Positions 42,201 to 56,999 of a DNA stretch of 64,000 bases are shown here, piece after piece. A model generated the notes under the pieces. The model saw nothing but the letters and a program-made list of their open reading frames with translations. It had not been told where the DNA came from and searched no databases. A program made the position numbers and the translations under genes. This DNA comes from Eledone cirrhosa (lineage: Eukaryota). Every line of letters begins with the position of its first letter. The first letter of the stretch is position 1. The stretch covers positions 162,502,001 to 162,566,000 of the forward strand of contig OZ024742.1 in NCBI GenBank assembly GCA_964016885.1, read 5' to 3'.

Positions 42201-42749
42201 CCTCCTAACATAGGAAACGGCACCCTTCCAACATAGGTAATGGCACCCTCCTAATATAGGTAAAGGCACCCTTCCAATATAGGTAATGGGACTCTCCAAA
42301 CATAGGTGACAGCACTCTTCCAACAAAGGTAACAGCACCCTTACAACACAGGGAATGGCACTCTCCTAACTTAGGTAGCGACACCCTCCCACCATAGGTA
42401 ATGGCACTCTCCCAACATAGGTAACGGCTCACTTCCATCATAGGTAATGGCACCCTCCCAACATAGGTAACGGCACCCTCCTAACATAGGTAACGGCACC
42501 CTCCCAACATAGTTAATAGCACTCTCCCAACATAGGTAACTGCAGTCTCCCAACATGGGTAACGGCACCCTCCCAACATAGGTGACGGCACTCTACTAAC
42601 ATAGGTAACTGCACCCTCCTAACAGAGGTAACGGCACCCTTCCAACATAGGTAATGGCACCCTCCTAACATAGGTAACGGCACCCTCCCAACATAGGTAA
42701 CGGCACCCTCCCACCATAGGTAACGGCACTCTTCCAATATAGGTAATGG

Positions 42750-43720
42750 CACCCTCCTAACCTAGGTAACGGCACCCTCCCAACATAGGTAATGGCAATC
42801 TCTCAACATAGGTAACGGCACCCTCCAAACGTAGGTAACGGAACCCTTCTAACATGGGTAATGTCACCCTCATAATATAGGTAACGGCACCCTCCCAACA
42901 TAGGTAATGGCACTCTCCCAACATGGTTAATGGCAGCCTCCTTACATAGGTAACGGCACTCTTCCAATATAGGTAATGGCACCCTCCTAACCTAGGTAAC
43001 GGCACCCTCCCAACATAGGTAATGGCACTCTCTCAACATAGGTAACGGCACCCTCCAAACGTAGGTAACGGAACCCTTCTAACATAGGTAATGTCACCCT
43101 CATAATATAGGTAACGGCACCCTCCCAGCATAGGTAATGGCACTCTCCCAACATAGGTAACGGCACCCTCTCAACAGAGGTAACGGCACCCTCCCAACAT
43201 AGGTAACGGCATTCTCCTAACATAGGTAATGGCACCCTCCTAAGATAGGTAATGGCACCCTCCTAACCTTGGTAACGGCACCCTCCCAACATAGGTAATG
43301 GCACTCTCTCAACATAGGTAACGGCACCCTCCAAACGTAGGTAACGGAACCCTTCAAACATAGGTAATGTCACCCTCATAATATAGGTAACGGCACCCTC
43401 CCAACATAGGTAATGGCACTCTCCCAAAATGGTTAATGGCAGCCTCCTTACATAGGTAACGGCACTCTTCCAATATAGGTAATGGCACCCTCCTAACCTA
43501 GGTAACGGCACCCTCCCAACATAGGTAATGGCACTCTCTCAACATAGATAACGGCACCCTCCAAACGTAGGTAACGGAACCCTTCTAACATAGGTAATGT
43601 CACCCTCATAATATAGGTAACGGCACCCTCCTAACATAGGTAATGGCACTCTCCCAACATAGGTAACGGCACCCTCTCAACAGAGGTAACGGCACCCTCC
43701 CAACATAGGTAACGGCATTC
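42750..43720. repeat. Nested sub-repeat in HOR copy 2: 4 copies, spacings 230/276/230 bp (10/12/10 monomers)
   Basis: The same marker occurs at ~42825, ~43055, ~43331 and ~43561. ORF left coordinates are 42757, 42987 and 43263. Confidence 0.9.
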
Positions 43721-46700
43721 TCCTAACATAGGTAATAGCACCCTCCTAAGATAGGTAATGGCACCCCCCTAAAATAGGTAATGGCACCCTGCCAACATAG
43801 GTAACGGCACTCTCCTAACATAGATAACGGCACCTTCCTAAAATAGGTAACGGCACTCTTCCAATATAGGTAATGGCATCCTCCTAACGTAGGTAATGGT
43901 ACTTTCCCAACATAGATAACGGCACCGTTCCAGCATAGGTAATGGCACCCTTCTAATATAGGTAACGGCAACTTCCCAACATAGGTAACGGCACCCTCCT
44001 AACATAGGTAATGGTATCCTTCCAACATAGGTAAAGGCACCCTCCCAACATAGGTAATGGCACTCTCCCAACATAGGTAACGGCCCCCTTCCTAACATAG
44101 GTAATGGCACTCGCCCAGCATATGTAACGGCACCATCCCAACATAGGTAACGGCACCCTCCTAACATAGGTAATGGCACTCTCCCAACATAGGTAACGGC
44201 ACCTTCCTAACATAGGTACGGCACCCTCCTAACATAGGTAATGGCACCCTCGTAACATAGCTAACGGCACTCTCCCAACATAGGTAATGGCACTCTCACA
44301 ACATAGGTAACGGCACCCTTCTAACATAGGTAACGGCATCCTCCTAACATAGGTAATGGCATTCTCCCAACATAGGTAATGGCACCCTCCTAATATAGGT
44401 AAAGGCACCCTTCCAATATAGGTAATGGCACCCTCCTAACATAGGTAACGGCACTCTCTCAACATAGGAAACGGCACCCTTCCAACATAGGTAATGGCAC
44501 CCTCCTAACATAGGTAACGGCACCCTCCCAACATAGGTAATGGTACTCTCCCAACATAGGTAACGGCACTCTCCTAACATAGATAATGGCACTCTCCAAT
44601 CATAGGTAACGGCACTCTCCCAACATAGGTAACGGCTCCCTTCCATCATAGGTAATGGCACCCTCCCAACATAGGTAACGGCACCCTCCTAACATAGGTA
44701 ACGGCACCCTCCCAACATAGTTAATGGCACTCTCCCAACTTAGATAACTGCAGTCTCCCAACATAGGTAACGGCACCCTCCCAACATAGGTAACGGCACC
44801 CTCCTAACATAGGTAATGGCACTCTCCCAACATGGTTAATGGCACCCTCCTTACATAGGTAACGGCACTCTTCCAATATAGGTAATGGCACCCTCCTAAC
44901 CTAGGTAACGGCACCCTCCCAACATAGGTAATGGCACTCTCCCAACATAGGTAACGGCACCCTCCTAACGTAGGTAACGGAACCCTTCCAACATAGGTAA
45001 CGGCACTCTCCCAACATAGGTAACGGCACCCTCCCAACATAGGTAACGGCACCCTCCTAACATAGGTAATGGCACTCTCCCAACATAGGTAATGGCACCC
45101 TCCTAACATAGGTAATGGCACCCTTCCAATATAGGTAATGGCATCCTCCTAACGTAGGTAATGGTACTTTCCCAACATAGGTAACGGCACTCTCCTCGCA
45201 TAGATAATGGCACTCTCCCAACATAGGTAACGGCCCCCTCCTAACATAGGTAATGGCACTCGCCCAACATATGTAACGGCACCATCCCAACATAGGTAAC
45301 GGCACCCTCCTAACATAGGTAATGGCACTCTCCCAACGTACGTAACGGCACCTTCCTAACATAGGAACGGCACCCTCCTAACATAGCTAATGGCACTCTC
45401 CCGGCATATGTAACGGCACCCTCCTAACATAGGTAACGGCACCCTTCCAACATAGGTAATGGCACTCTCCCAACATAGGTAACGGCACTCTTCCATCATA
45501 GGTAACGGCACCCTTCCATCATAGGTAATGGCAGCCTCCTAACATAGGTAATGGCAGCCTACTAACATAGATAACGGCACTCTTCCAACATAGGTAATGG
45601 CACCCTCCTAACATAGGTAACGGCACCCTCCCAACATAGGTAACGGCACCCTCCTAACATAGGTAATGGCATTCTCCCAACATAGGTAACGGCACCCTCC
45701 CAACATAGGTAATGGTACTCTCCCAACATAGGTAACGGCACTCTCCTAACATAGGTAAAGGCACCCTGTCAAACATAGGTAAAGGGACTCTCCTAACATA
45801 GGTGACGGCACTCTTCCAACAAAGGTAACAACACCTTCCTAACATAGGTAACGGCACCCTCTCAACATAGGTAATGGCACTCTCCGATCTTAGGTAACGG
45901 CACTCTCCCAACATAGGTTACGGCTCCCTTCCATCATAGGTAATGGTACCCTCCCAACATAGGTAACGGCACCCTCCTAACATAGGTAACGGCACCCTCC
46001 CAACATAGTTAATGGCACTCTCCCAACATAGGTAACTGCAGTCTCCCAACATAGGTAACGGCACCCTCCCAACATAGGTAACGGCACTCTACTAACATAG
46101 GTAACTGCACCCTCCTAACAGAGGTAACGGCACCCTTCCAACATAGGTAATGGCACCCTCCTAACATAGGTAACGGCACACTCCCAACAGAGGTAACGGC
46201 ACCCTCCCACCATAGGTAACGGCACTCTCCCATCATGGTTAATGGCACCCTCCTTACATAGGTAACGGCACTCTTCCAATATAGGTAATGTCACCCCCCT
46301 AACCTAGGTAACGGCACCCTCCTAACATAGGTAATGGCATTCTCCCAACATAGGTAATGGCACCCTCCTAACATAGGTAAAGGCACCCTTCCAATATAGG
46401 TAATGGCACCCTCCTAACATAGGTAACGGCACTCTCCTAACATAGGAAACGGCACCCTTCCAACATAGGTAATGGCACCCTCCTAATATAGGTAAAGGCA
46501 CCCTTCCAATATAGGTAATGGCACCCTCCTAACATAGGTAACGGCACTCTCCTAACATAGGAAACAGCACCCTTCCAACATAGGTAATGGCACCCTCCTA
46601 ACATAGGTAAAGGCACCCTCCCAACATAGGTAATGGTACTCTCCCAACATAGGTAACGGCTCACTTCCATCATAGGTAATGGCACCCTCCCAACATAGGT

Positions 46701-47257
46701 AACGGCACCCTCCTAACATAGGAAACGGCACCCTTCCAACATAGGTAATGGCACCCTCCTAATATAGGTAAAGGCACCCTTCCAATATAGGTAATGGGAC
46801 TCTCCAAACATAGGTGACAGCACTCTTCCAACAAAGGTAACAGCACCCTTACAACACAGGGAATGGCACTCTCCTAACTTAGGTAGCGACACCCTCCCAC
46901 CATAGGTAATGGCACTCTCCCAACATAGGTAACGGCTCACTTCCATCATAGGTAATGGCACCCTCCCAACATAGATAACGGCACCCTCCTAACATAGGTA
47001 ACGGCACCCTCCCAACATAGTTAATAGCACTCTCCCAACATAGGTAACTGCAGTCTCCCAACATGGGTAACGGCACCCTCCCAACATAGGTAACGGCACT
47101 CTACTAACATAGGTAACTGCACCCTCCTAACAGAGGTAACGGCACCCTTCCAACATAGGTAATGGCACCCTCCTAACATAGGTAACGGCACCCTCCCAAC
47201 ATAGGTAACGGCACCCTCCCACCATAGGTAACGGCACTCTTCCAATATAGGTAATGG

Positions 47258-48228
47258 CACCCTCCTAACCTAGGTAACGGCACCCTCCCAACATAGGTAA
47301 TGGCACTCTCTCAACATAGGTAACGGCACCCTCCAAACGTAGGTAACGGAACCCTTCTAACATAGGTAATGTCACCCTCATAATATAGGTAACGGCACCC
47401 TCCCAACATAGGTAATGGCACTCTCCCAACATGGTTAATGGCAGCCTCCCACCATAGGTAACGGCACTCTTCCAATATAGGTAATGGCACCCTCCTAACC
47501 TAGGTAACGGCACCCTCCCAACATAGGTAATGGCACTCTCTCAACATAGGTAACGGCACCCTCCAAACGTAGGTAACGGAACCCTTCTAACATAGGTAAT
47601 GTCACCCTCATAATATAGGTAACGGCACCCTCCCAGCATAGGTAATGGCACTCTCCCAACATAGGTAACGGCACCCTCTCAACAGAGGTAACGGCACCCT
47701 CCCAACATAGGTAACGGCATTCTCCTAACATAGGTAATGGCACCCTCCTAAGATAGGTAATGACACCCTCCTAACCTTGGTAACGGCACCTTCCCAACAT
47801 AGGTAATGGCACTCTCTCAACATAGGTAACGGCACCCTCCAAACGTAGGTAACGGAACCCTTCTAACATAGGTAATGTCACCCTCATAATATAGGTAACG
47901 GCACCCTCCCAACATAGGTAATGGCACTCTCCCAAAATGGTTAATGGCAGCCTCCTTACATAGGTAACGGCACTCTTCCAATATAGGTAATGGCACCCTC
48001 CTAACCTAGGTAACGGCACCCTCCCAACATAGGTTATGGCACTCTCTCAACATAGGTAACGGCACCCTCCAAACGTAGGTAACGGAACCCTTCTAACATA
48101 GGTAATGTCACCCTCATAATAAAGGTAACGGCAACCTCCTAACATAGGTAATGGCACTCTCCCAACATAGGTAACGGCACCCTCTCAACAGAGGTAACGG
48201 CACCCTCCCAACATAGGTAACGGCATTC
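47258..48228. repeat. Nested sub-repeat in HOR copy 3: 4 copies, spacings 230/276/230 bp
   Basis: The same marker occurs at ~47333, ~47563, ~47839 and ~48069. ORF left coordinates are 47265, 47495 and 47771. Confidence 0.9.
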
Positions 48229-51200
48229 TCCTAACATAGGTAATAGCACCCTCCTAAGATAGGTAATGGCACCCCCCTAAAATAGGTAATGGCACCCTCC
48301 CAACATAGGTAACGGCACTCTCCTAACATAGATAACGGCACCTTCCTAAAATAGGTAACGGCACTCTTCCAATATAGGTAATGGTATCCTCCTAACGTAG
48401 GTAATGGTACTTTCCCAACATAGATAACGGCACCGTTCCAGCATAGGTAATGGCACCCTTCTAATATAGGTAACGGCACCTTCCCAACATAGGTAACGGC
48501 ACCCTCCTAACATAGGTAATGGTATCCTTCCAACATAGGTAAAGGCACCCTCCCAACATAGGTAATGGCACTCTCCCAACATAGGTAACGGCCCCCTTCC
48601 TAACATAGGTAATGGCACTCGCCCAGCATATGTAACGGCACCATCCCAACATAGGTAACGGCACCCTCCTAACATAGGTAATGGCACTCTCCCAACATAG
48701 GTAACGGCACCTTCCTAACATAGGTACGGCACCCTCCTAACATAGGTAATGGCACCCTCGTAACATAGCTAACGGCACTCTCCCAACATAGGTAATGGCA
48801 CTCTCACAACATAGGTAACGGCACCCTTCTAACATAGGTAACGGCATCCTCCTAACATAGGTAATGGCATTCTCCCAACATAGGTAATGGCACCCTCCTA
48901 ATATAGGTAAAGGCACCCTTCCAATATAGGTAATGGCACCCTCCTAACATAGGTAACGGCACTCTCTCAACATAGGAAACGGCACCCTTCCAACATAGGT
49001 AATGGCACCCTCCTAACATAGGTAACGGCACCCTCCCAACATAGGTAATGGTACTCTCCCAACATAGGTAACGGCACTCTCCTAACATAGATAATGGCAC
49101 TCTCCAATCATAGGTAACGGCACTCTCCCAACATAGGTAACGGCTCCCTTCCATCATAGGTAATGGCACCCTCCCAACATAGGTAACGGCACCCTCCTAA
49201 CATAGGTAACGGCACCCTCCCAACATAGTTAATGGCACTCTCCCAACTTAGATAACTGCAGTCTCCCAACATAGGTAACGGCACCCTCCCAACATAGGTA
49301 ACGGCACCCTCCTAACATAGGTAATGGCACTCTCCCAACATGGTTAATGGCACCCTCCTTACATAGGTAACGGCACTCTTCCAATATAGGTAATGGCACC
49401 CTCCTAACCTAGGTAACGGCACCCTCCCAACATAGGTAATGGCACTCTCCCAACATAGGTAACGGAACCCTCCTAACGTAGGTAACGGAACCCTTCCAAC
49501 ATAGGTAACGGCACTCTCCCAACATAGGTAACGGCACCCTCCCAACATAGGTAACGGCACCCTCCTAACATAGGTAATGGCACTCTCCCAACATAGGTAA
49601 TGGCACCCTCCTAACATAGGTAATGGCACCCTTCCAATATAGGTAATGACATCCTCCTAACGTAGGTAATGGTACTTTCCCAACATAGGTAACGGCACTC
49701 TCCTCGCATAGATTATGGCACTCTCCCAACATAGGTAACGGCACCCTCCTAACATAGGTAATGGCACTCTCCCAACATACGTAACGGCACCTTCCTAACA
49801 TAGGTACGGCACCCTCCTAACATAGCTAATGGCACTCTCCCGGCATATGTAACGGCACCCTCCTAACATAGGTAACGGCACCCTTCCAACATAGGTAATG
49901 GCACTCTCCCAACATAGGTAACGGCACTCTTCCATCATAGGTAACGGCACCCTTCCATCATAGGTAATGGCAGCCTCCTAACATAGGTAATGGCAGCCTA
50001 CTAACATAGATAACGGCACTGTTCCAACATAGGTAATGGCACCCTTCTAACATAAGTAACGGCACCCTACCAACATAGGTAATGGCACTCTCCCAACATA
50101 GGTAACGGTACTCTCCTAACGTAGGTAACAACACCTTCCTAACATAGGTAACGGCACCCTCCCAACATAGGTAATGGCTCCCTCGTAACACAGGTAACGG
50201 CACTCTCCCAACATAGGTAATGGCACTCTCACAACATAGGTAACGGCACCCTTCTAACATAGGTAACGGCACCCACCCAACATAGGTAACGGCACCCTTA
50301 CAACATAGGTAATGGCACCCTCCTAACATAGGTAACGGGACCCTCCCAACATAGGAAACGGCACCCTCCTAACATAGGTAATGGCATTCTCCCAACATGG
50401 GTAATGGCACCCTCCTAACATTGGTAACGGCACCCTCCCAACATAGGTAATGGTACTCTCCCAACATAGGTAACGTCACTCTCCTAACATAGGTAACGGC
50501 ACCCTCTCTACCATAGGTAATGGGACTCTCCTAACATAAGTAACGGCACCCTCCCAACATATGTAACGGCACCCTTCCAACATAGGTAATGGCACCCTCC
50601 TAACATAGGTAACGACACCCCCCAACATAGGTTACGGCACTTTCCCAACATAGGTAACGGCACCCTCCCAACATAGGTAACGTCACCCTCCTAACATAGG
50701 TAATGGCACTCTCCCAACATAGATAACGTTATTCTCCTAACATATGTGACGGCACCCTCCTAACATAGGTAACGGGACCCTTCCAACATAGGTAACGGCA
50801 CCCTTCTAACATAGGTAACGGCACCCACCCAACATAGGTAACGGCACCCTTACAACATAGGTAATGGCACCCTCCTAACATAGGTAACGGCACCCTCCCA
50901 ACATAGGTAACGGCACTCTCCCAACATAGGTAACGGCACCCTCGCAACATAGGTAACGGCACCCTCCTAACATAGGTAATGGCACTCTCCCAACATAGGT
51001 AATGGCACCCTCCTAACATAGGTAATGGCACCCTCCCAACATAGGTAACGGCACCGTTCCAGCATAGGTAATAGCACCCTCCTAACATAGGTAACGGCAC
51101 CTTCTAAACATAGGTAACGGCACCCTCCTAACATAGGTAATGGCATCCTTCCAACATAGGTAAAGGCACCCTCCCAACATAGGTAATGACACCCTTCCAA

Positions 51201-54200
51201 TATAGGTAATGGCATCCTCCTAACGTAGGTAACGGCACCCTCCTAACATAGGTAATGGCACTCTCCCAACATAGGTAACGGCACTCTTCCAACATAGGTA
51301 ACGGCACTCATCAATCATAGGTAATGGCAGCCTCCTAACATAGGTAACGGCACCCTCCCAACACAGGTAACGGCACGCTCCCAACATAGGCAACGGCACC
51401 CTCCCAACATAGGTAACGGCACTCTCCTAACATAGGTAACGGCAGCCTCCTAACATAGGTAACGGCACCCTTCTAACATAAGTAACGGCACCCTCCCTAC
51501 ATAGGTAATGGCACTCTCCCAACATAGGTAACGGCACTCTCCTAACATAGTTAACAACACCTTCCTAACATAGGTAACGGCACCCTCCTAACATAGGTAA
51601 CGGCACCCTTCCAACATAGGTAATGGCACCATCATAACATAGCTAACGGCACTCTCCCAACATTGGTAATGGCACTCTGACAACATAGGTAACGGCACCC
51701 TCCCAACATAGGTAACGGCACCCACCCATCATAGGTAACGGCACCCTTACAACATACATAATGGCACCCTCCTAACATATGTAATGGCACTGTCCCAACA
51801 TAGGTAACGGCACTCTCCTAACATAGATAACGGCACCCTCCTAAAATAGGTAACGGCACCCTTCCAACATAGGTAATGGCACTCTCGTAACATAGCTAAC
51901 TGCACTCTCCCAACATAGGTAATGGCATTCTCCCACCATAGGTAACGGCACCCTCCCAACATAGGTAACGGCACCCTTCTAACATAGGTAACGGCACCCA
52001 CCCAACATAGGTAACGGCACCCTTACAACATAGGTAATGGCACCCTCCTAACATAGGTAACGGCACCCTCCCAACATAGGTAACGGCACTCTCCCAACAT
52101 AGGTAACGGCACCCTCCCAACATAGGTAACGGCACGATCCTAACATAAGGAATGGCACTCTCCCAACATAGGTAATGGCACCCTCCTAACATAGGTAATG
52201 GCACCCTTCCAATATAGGTAATGGCATCCTCCTAACGTAGGTAATGGTACTTTCCCAACATAGGTAACGGCACCCTTCCAGCATAGGTAATAGCACCCTC
52301 CTAACATAGGTAACGACACCTTCTAAACATAGGTAACAGCACCCTCCTAACATAGGTAATGGCATCCTTCCAATATAGGTAAAGGCACCCTCCCAACATA
52401 GGTAACGGCACCCTCCCGACACAGGTAACGGCACGCTCCCAACATAGGCAACGGCACCCTCCCAACATAGGTAACGGCACCCTCCTAACATAGGTAACGG
52501 CAACCTCCTAACATAGGTAACGGCACCCTCGCAACATAGGTAACGGCACCCTCCTAACATAGGTAATGGCATTCTCCCAACATAGGTAATGGCACCCTCC
52601 TAACATAGGTAAAGGCACTCTCCCAACATAGGAAACGGCACCCTTCCAACATAGGTAACAACACCTTCCTAACATAGGTAACGGCACCCTCCCAACATAG
52701 GTAATGGCACTCTCCGATCTTAGGTAACGGCACTCTCCCAACATAGGTAACTGCACCCTCCTAACAGAGGTAATGGCACCCTTCCAACATAGGTAATGGC
52801 ACCCTCCTAACATAGGTAACGGAACCCTCCCAACATAGGTAACGGCACCCTCCCACCATAGGTAACGGCACTCACCCATCATGGTTAATGGCACCCTCCT
52901 TACATAGGTAACGGCACTCTTCCAATATAGGTAATGTCACCCTCCTAACCTAGGTAACGGCACCCTCCTAACAGAGGTAATGGCATTCTCCCAACATAGG
53001 TAATGGCCCCCTCCTAACATAGGTAAAGGCACCCTTCCAATATAGGTAATGGCACCCTCCTAACATAGGTAATGGCACTCTCCTAACATAGGAAACGGCA
53101 CCCTTCCAACATAGGTAATGGCACCCTCCTAATATAGGTAAAGGCACCCTTCCAATATAGGTAATGGTACTCTCCCAACATAGGTAATGGTACTCTCCCA
53201 ACATAGGTAACGGCACTCTCCTAACATAGGTAACGGCACCCTCTCTAACATAGGTAATGGGACTCTCCTAACATAGGTGACAGCACTCTTCCAACAAAGG
53301 TAACAGCACCCTTACAACACAGGGAATGGCACTCTCCTAACATAGGTAGCGGCACCCTCCCACCATAGGTAATGGCACTCTCCCAACATAGGAAACGGCT
53401 CACTTCCATCATAGGTAATGGCACCCTCCCAACATAGGTAACGGCACCCTCCTAACATAGGTAACGGCACGCTCCCAACATAGTTAATAGCACTCTCCCA
53501 ACATTGGTAACTGCAGTCTCCCAACATAGGTAACGGCACTCTACTAACATAGGTAACTGCACCCTCCTAACAGAGGTAACGGCACCCTTCCAACATAGGT
53601 AATGGCACCCTCCTAACATAGGTAACGGCACCCTCCCAACATAGGTAACGGCACCCTCCCACCATAGGTAACGGCACTCTTCCAATATAGGTAATGGCAC
53701 CCTCCTAACATAGGTAACGACACCCTCCCAACATAGGTAATGGCACTCTCCCAACATAGGTAACGGCACCCTCCTAACGTAGGTAACGGAACCCTTCTAA
53801 CATAGGTAATGTCACCCTCATAATATAGGTAACGGCACCCTCCCAACATAGGTAATGGCACTCTCCCAACATAGGTAACGGCACCCTCCCAACATAGGTA
53901 TGGCATTCTCCTAACATAGGTAATGGCACCCTCCTAACATAGGTAATGGCACCCTCCTAACATAGGTAATGGCACCCTCCTAACATATGTAATGGTACTC
54001 TCCCAACATAGGTAACGGCACTCTCCTAACATAGATAACGTCACCCTCTTAAAATAGGTAACGGCACCCTCCCAACATAGGTAACGGCACCCTTCTAACA
54101 TAGGTAACGGCACCCACCCAACATAGGTAACGGCACCCTTACAACATAGGTAATGGCACCCTCCTAACATAGGTAACGGCACCCTCCCAACATAGGTAAC

Positions 54201-56999
54201 GGCACCCTCCCAACATAGGTAACGGCACTCTCCCAACATAGGTAACGGCACCCTCCCAACATAGGTAACGGCACCCTCCTAACATAGGTAATGGCACTCT
54301 CCCAACATAGGTAATGGCACCCTCCTAACATAGGTAATGACACCCTTCCAATATAGGTAATGGCATCCTCCTAACGTAGGTAATGGTACTTTCCCAACAT
54401 AGGTAACGGCACCGTTCCAACATAGCTAATAGCACCCTCCTAACATATGTAACGGCACCTTCCCAACATAGGTAACGGCACCCTCCTAACATAGGTAATG
54501 GCACTCTCCCAACATAGGTAACGCCCCCCCCCCCCTCCTAACGTATGTAATGGCACTCTCCCAACATAGGTAATGGCAGCCTCCTAACATAGGTAATGGC
54601 ACCCTTCCAATATAGGTAATGGCATCCTCCTAACGTAGGTAACGGCACCCTCTTAACATAGGTAATGGCACTCTCCCAACGTAGGTAACGGCACTCTTCC
54701 AACATAGGTAACGGCACTCATCAATCATAGGTAATGGCACCCTCCTAACATAGGTAACGGCACCCTCCCAACATAGGTAACGGCACGCTCCCAACATAGG
54801 CAACGGCACGCTCCCAACATAGGTAACGGCACCCTCCTAACATAGGTAACGTCAGCTTCCTAACATAGGTAACGGCACCCTTCCAACATAGGTAATGGCA
54901 CCCTTCTAACATAAGTAACGGCACCCTCCCAACATAGGTAATGGCACTCTCCCAACATAGGTAATGGCACTCTCCGATCTTAGGTAACGGCACTCTCCCA
55001 ACATAGGTTCCGGCTCCCTTCCATCATAGGTAATGGCACCCTCCCAACATAGGTAACGGCACCCTCCTAACATAGGTAACGGCACCCTCCTAACATAGGT
55101 AACGACACCCTCCCAACATAGTTAGTGGCACTCTCCCAACATAGGTAACTGCAGTCTCCCAACATAGGTAACGGCACCCTCCCAACATATGTAACGGCAC
55201 TCTACTAACATAGGTAACTGCACCCTCCTAACAGAGGTAATGGCACCCTTCCAACATAGGTAATGGCACCCTCCTAACATAGGTAACGGCACCCTCCCAA
55301 CATAGGTAACGGCACCCTCCCACCATAGGTAACGGCACTCTCCCATCATGGTTAATGGCACCCTCCTTACCTAGGTAACGGCACCCTCCTAACATAGGTA
55401 ATGGCATTCTCCCAACATAGGTAATGGCCCCCTCCTAACGTAGGTAAAGGCTCCCTTCCAATATAGGTAATGGCACCCTCCTAACATAGGTAACGGCACT
55501 CTCCTAACATAGGAAACGGCACCCTTCCAACATAGGTAATGGCACCCTCCTAATATAGGTAAAGGCACCCTTCCAATATAGGTAATGGCACCCTCCTAAC
55601 ATAGGTAACGGCACTCTCCTAACATAGGAAACGGCACCCTTCCAACATAGGTAATGGCACCCTCCTAAAATAGGTAACGGCACCCTCCCAACATAGGTAA
55701 TGTTACTCTCCCAACATAGGTAATGGTACTCTCCCAACATAGGTAACGGCACTCTCCTAACATAGGTAACCGCACCCTCCTAACATAGGTAACGGCACCC
55801 TCCCAACATAGTTAATAGCACTCTCCCAACATAGGTAACTGCAGTCTCCCAACATAGGTAACGGCACCCTCCCAACATAGGTAACGGCACTCTACTAACA
55901 TAGGTAACTGCACCCTCCTAACAGAGGTAACGGCACCCTTCCAACATAGGTAATGGCACCCTCCTAACATAGGTAACGGCACCCTCCCAACATAGGTAAC
56001 GGCACCCTCCCACCATAGGTAACGGCACTCTCCCAACATAGGTAATGGCACCCTCCTAACATAGGTAATGGCACCCTCCCAACATAGGTAACGCCACTCT
56101 CCTAACATAGATAACGGCACCCTCCTAAAATAGGTAACGGTACACTTCCAACATAGGTAATGGCACCCTCCTAACATAGGTAACGGCACCCTCCCAACAT
56201 AGGTAACGGCACTCTCCCAACATAGGTAACGGCACCCTCCCAACAGAGGTAACGGCACCCTCCCAACATAGGTAACGGCATTCTCGTAACATAGGTAATG
56301 GCACCCTCCTAAAATAGGTAATGGCACCCTCCTAACATAGGTAATGGCACCCTCCCAACATAGGTAACGGCACTCTCCTAACATAGATAACGGCACCTTC
56401 TTAAAATAGGTAACGGCACCCTTCCAACATAGGTAATGGCACCCTCCTAACATAGGTAACGGCACGCTCCCAACATAGGTAACGGCACTCTCCCAACATA
56501 GGTAACGGCACCCTCTCAACATAGGTAACGGCACCCTCCTAACATAGGTAATGGCACTCTCCCAACATAGGTAATGGCATCCTTCTAACATAGTAATGGT
56601 ACTTTCGCAACATAGGTAACGACAACCTTCCAACATAGGTAATGGCACCCTCCTAACATATGTAATGGTACTCTCCCAACATAGGTAACGGCACTCTCCT
56701 AACATAGATAACGGCACCCTCTTAAAATATGTAACGGCACCCTTCCAACATAGGTAATGGCACCCTCGTAACATAGCTAACTGCACTCTCCCAACATAGG
56801 TAATGGCATTCTCCCAACATAGGTAACGGCACCCTCCCAACATAGGTAACGGCACCCTTCTAACATAGGTAACGGCACCCACCCAATATAGGTAACGGCA
56901 CCCTTACAACATAGGTAATGGCACCCTCCTAACATAGGTAACGGCACCCTCCCAACATAGGTAACGGCACTCTCCCAACATAGGTAACGGCACCCTCCC

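Larger units (their letters stand above)
37170..50040. repeat. Higher-order repeat (HOR): about 3 tandem copies of a ~4.1-4.5 kb multi-monomer unit
   Basis: The rare marker CTCCGATCTTAGG occurs at 37210, 41351 and 45882. ORF-track entries recur with near-identical translations at a constant +4508 offset (41929/46437, 42205/46713, 42513/47021, 42987/47495, 43263/47771, 43838/48346, 44344/48852, 44804/49312). The first copy matches at +4394 (37535/41929, 37811/42205, 38119/42513) and at +4486 to +4531 further along. Boundaries are approximate. Confidence 0.93.

Noticed and set aside
55812-56882. Longest ORF (356 aa); also 6333..7166 (277 aa), 22310..23089 (259 aa) and 23853..24596 (247 aa)
   Set aside because: Each needs only ~11-15 successive in-frame monomers lacking the stop variant, which is plausible as the tail of the distribution among ~2,780 monomers. 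Homologous blocks elsewhere are interrupted. A monomer-shuffling test plus Ribo-seq or proteomics would be needed to revive it.
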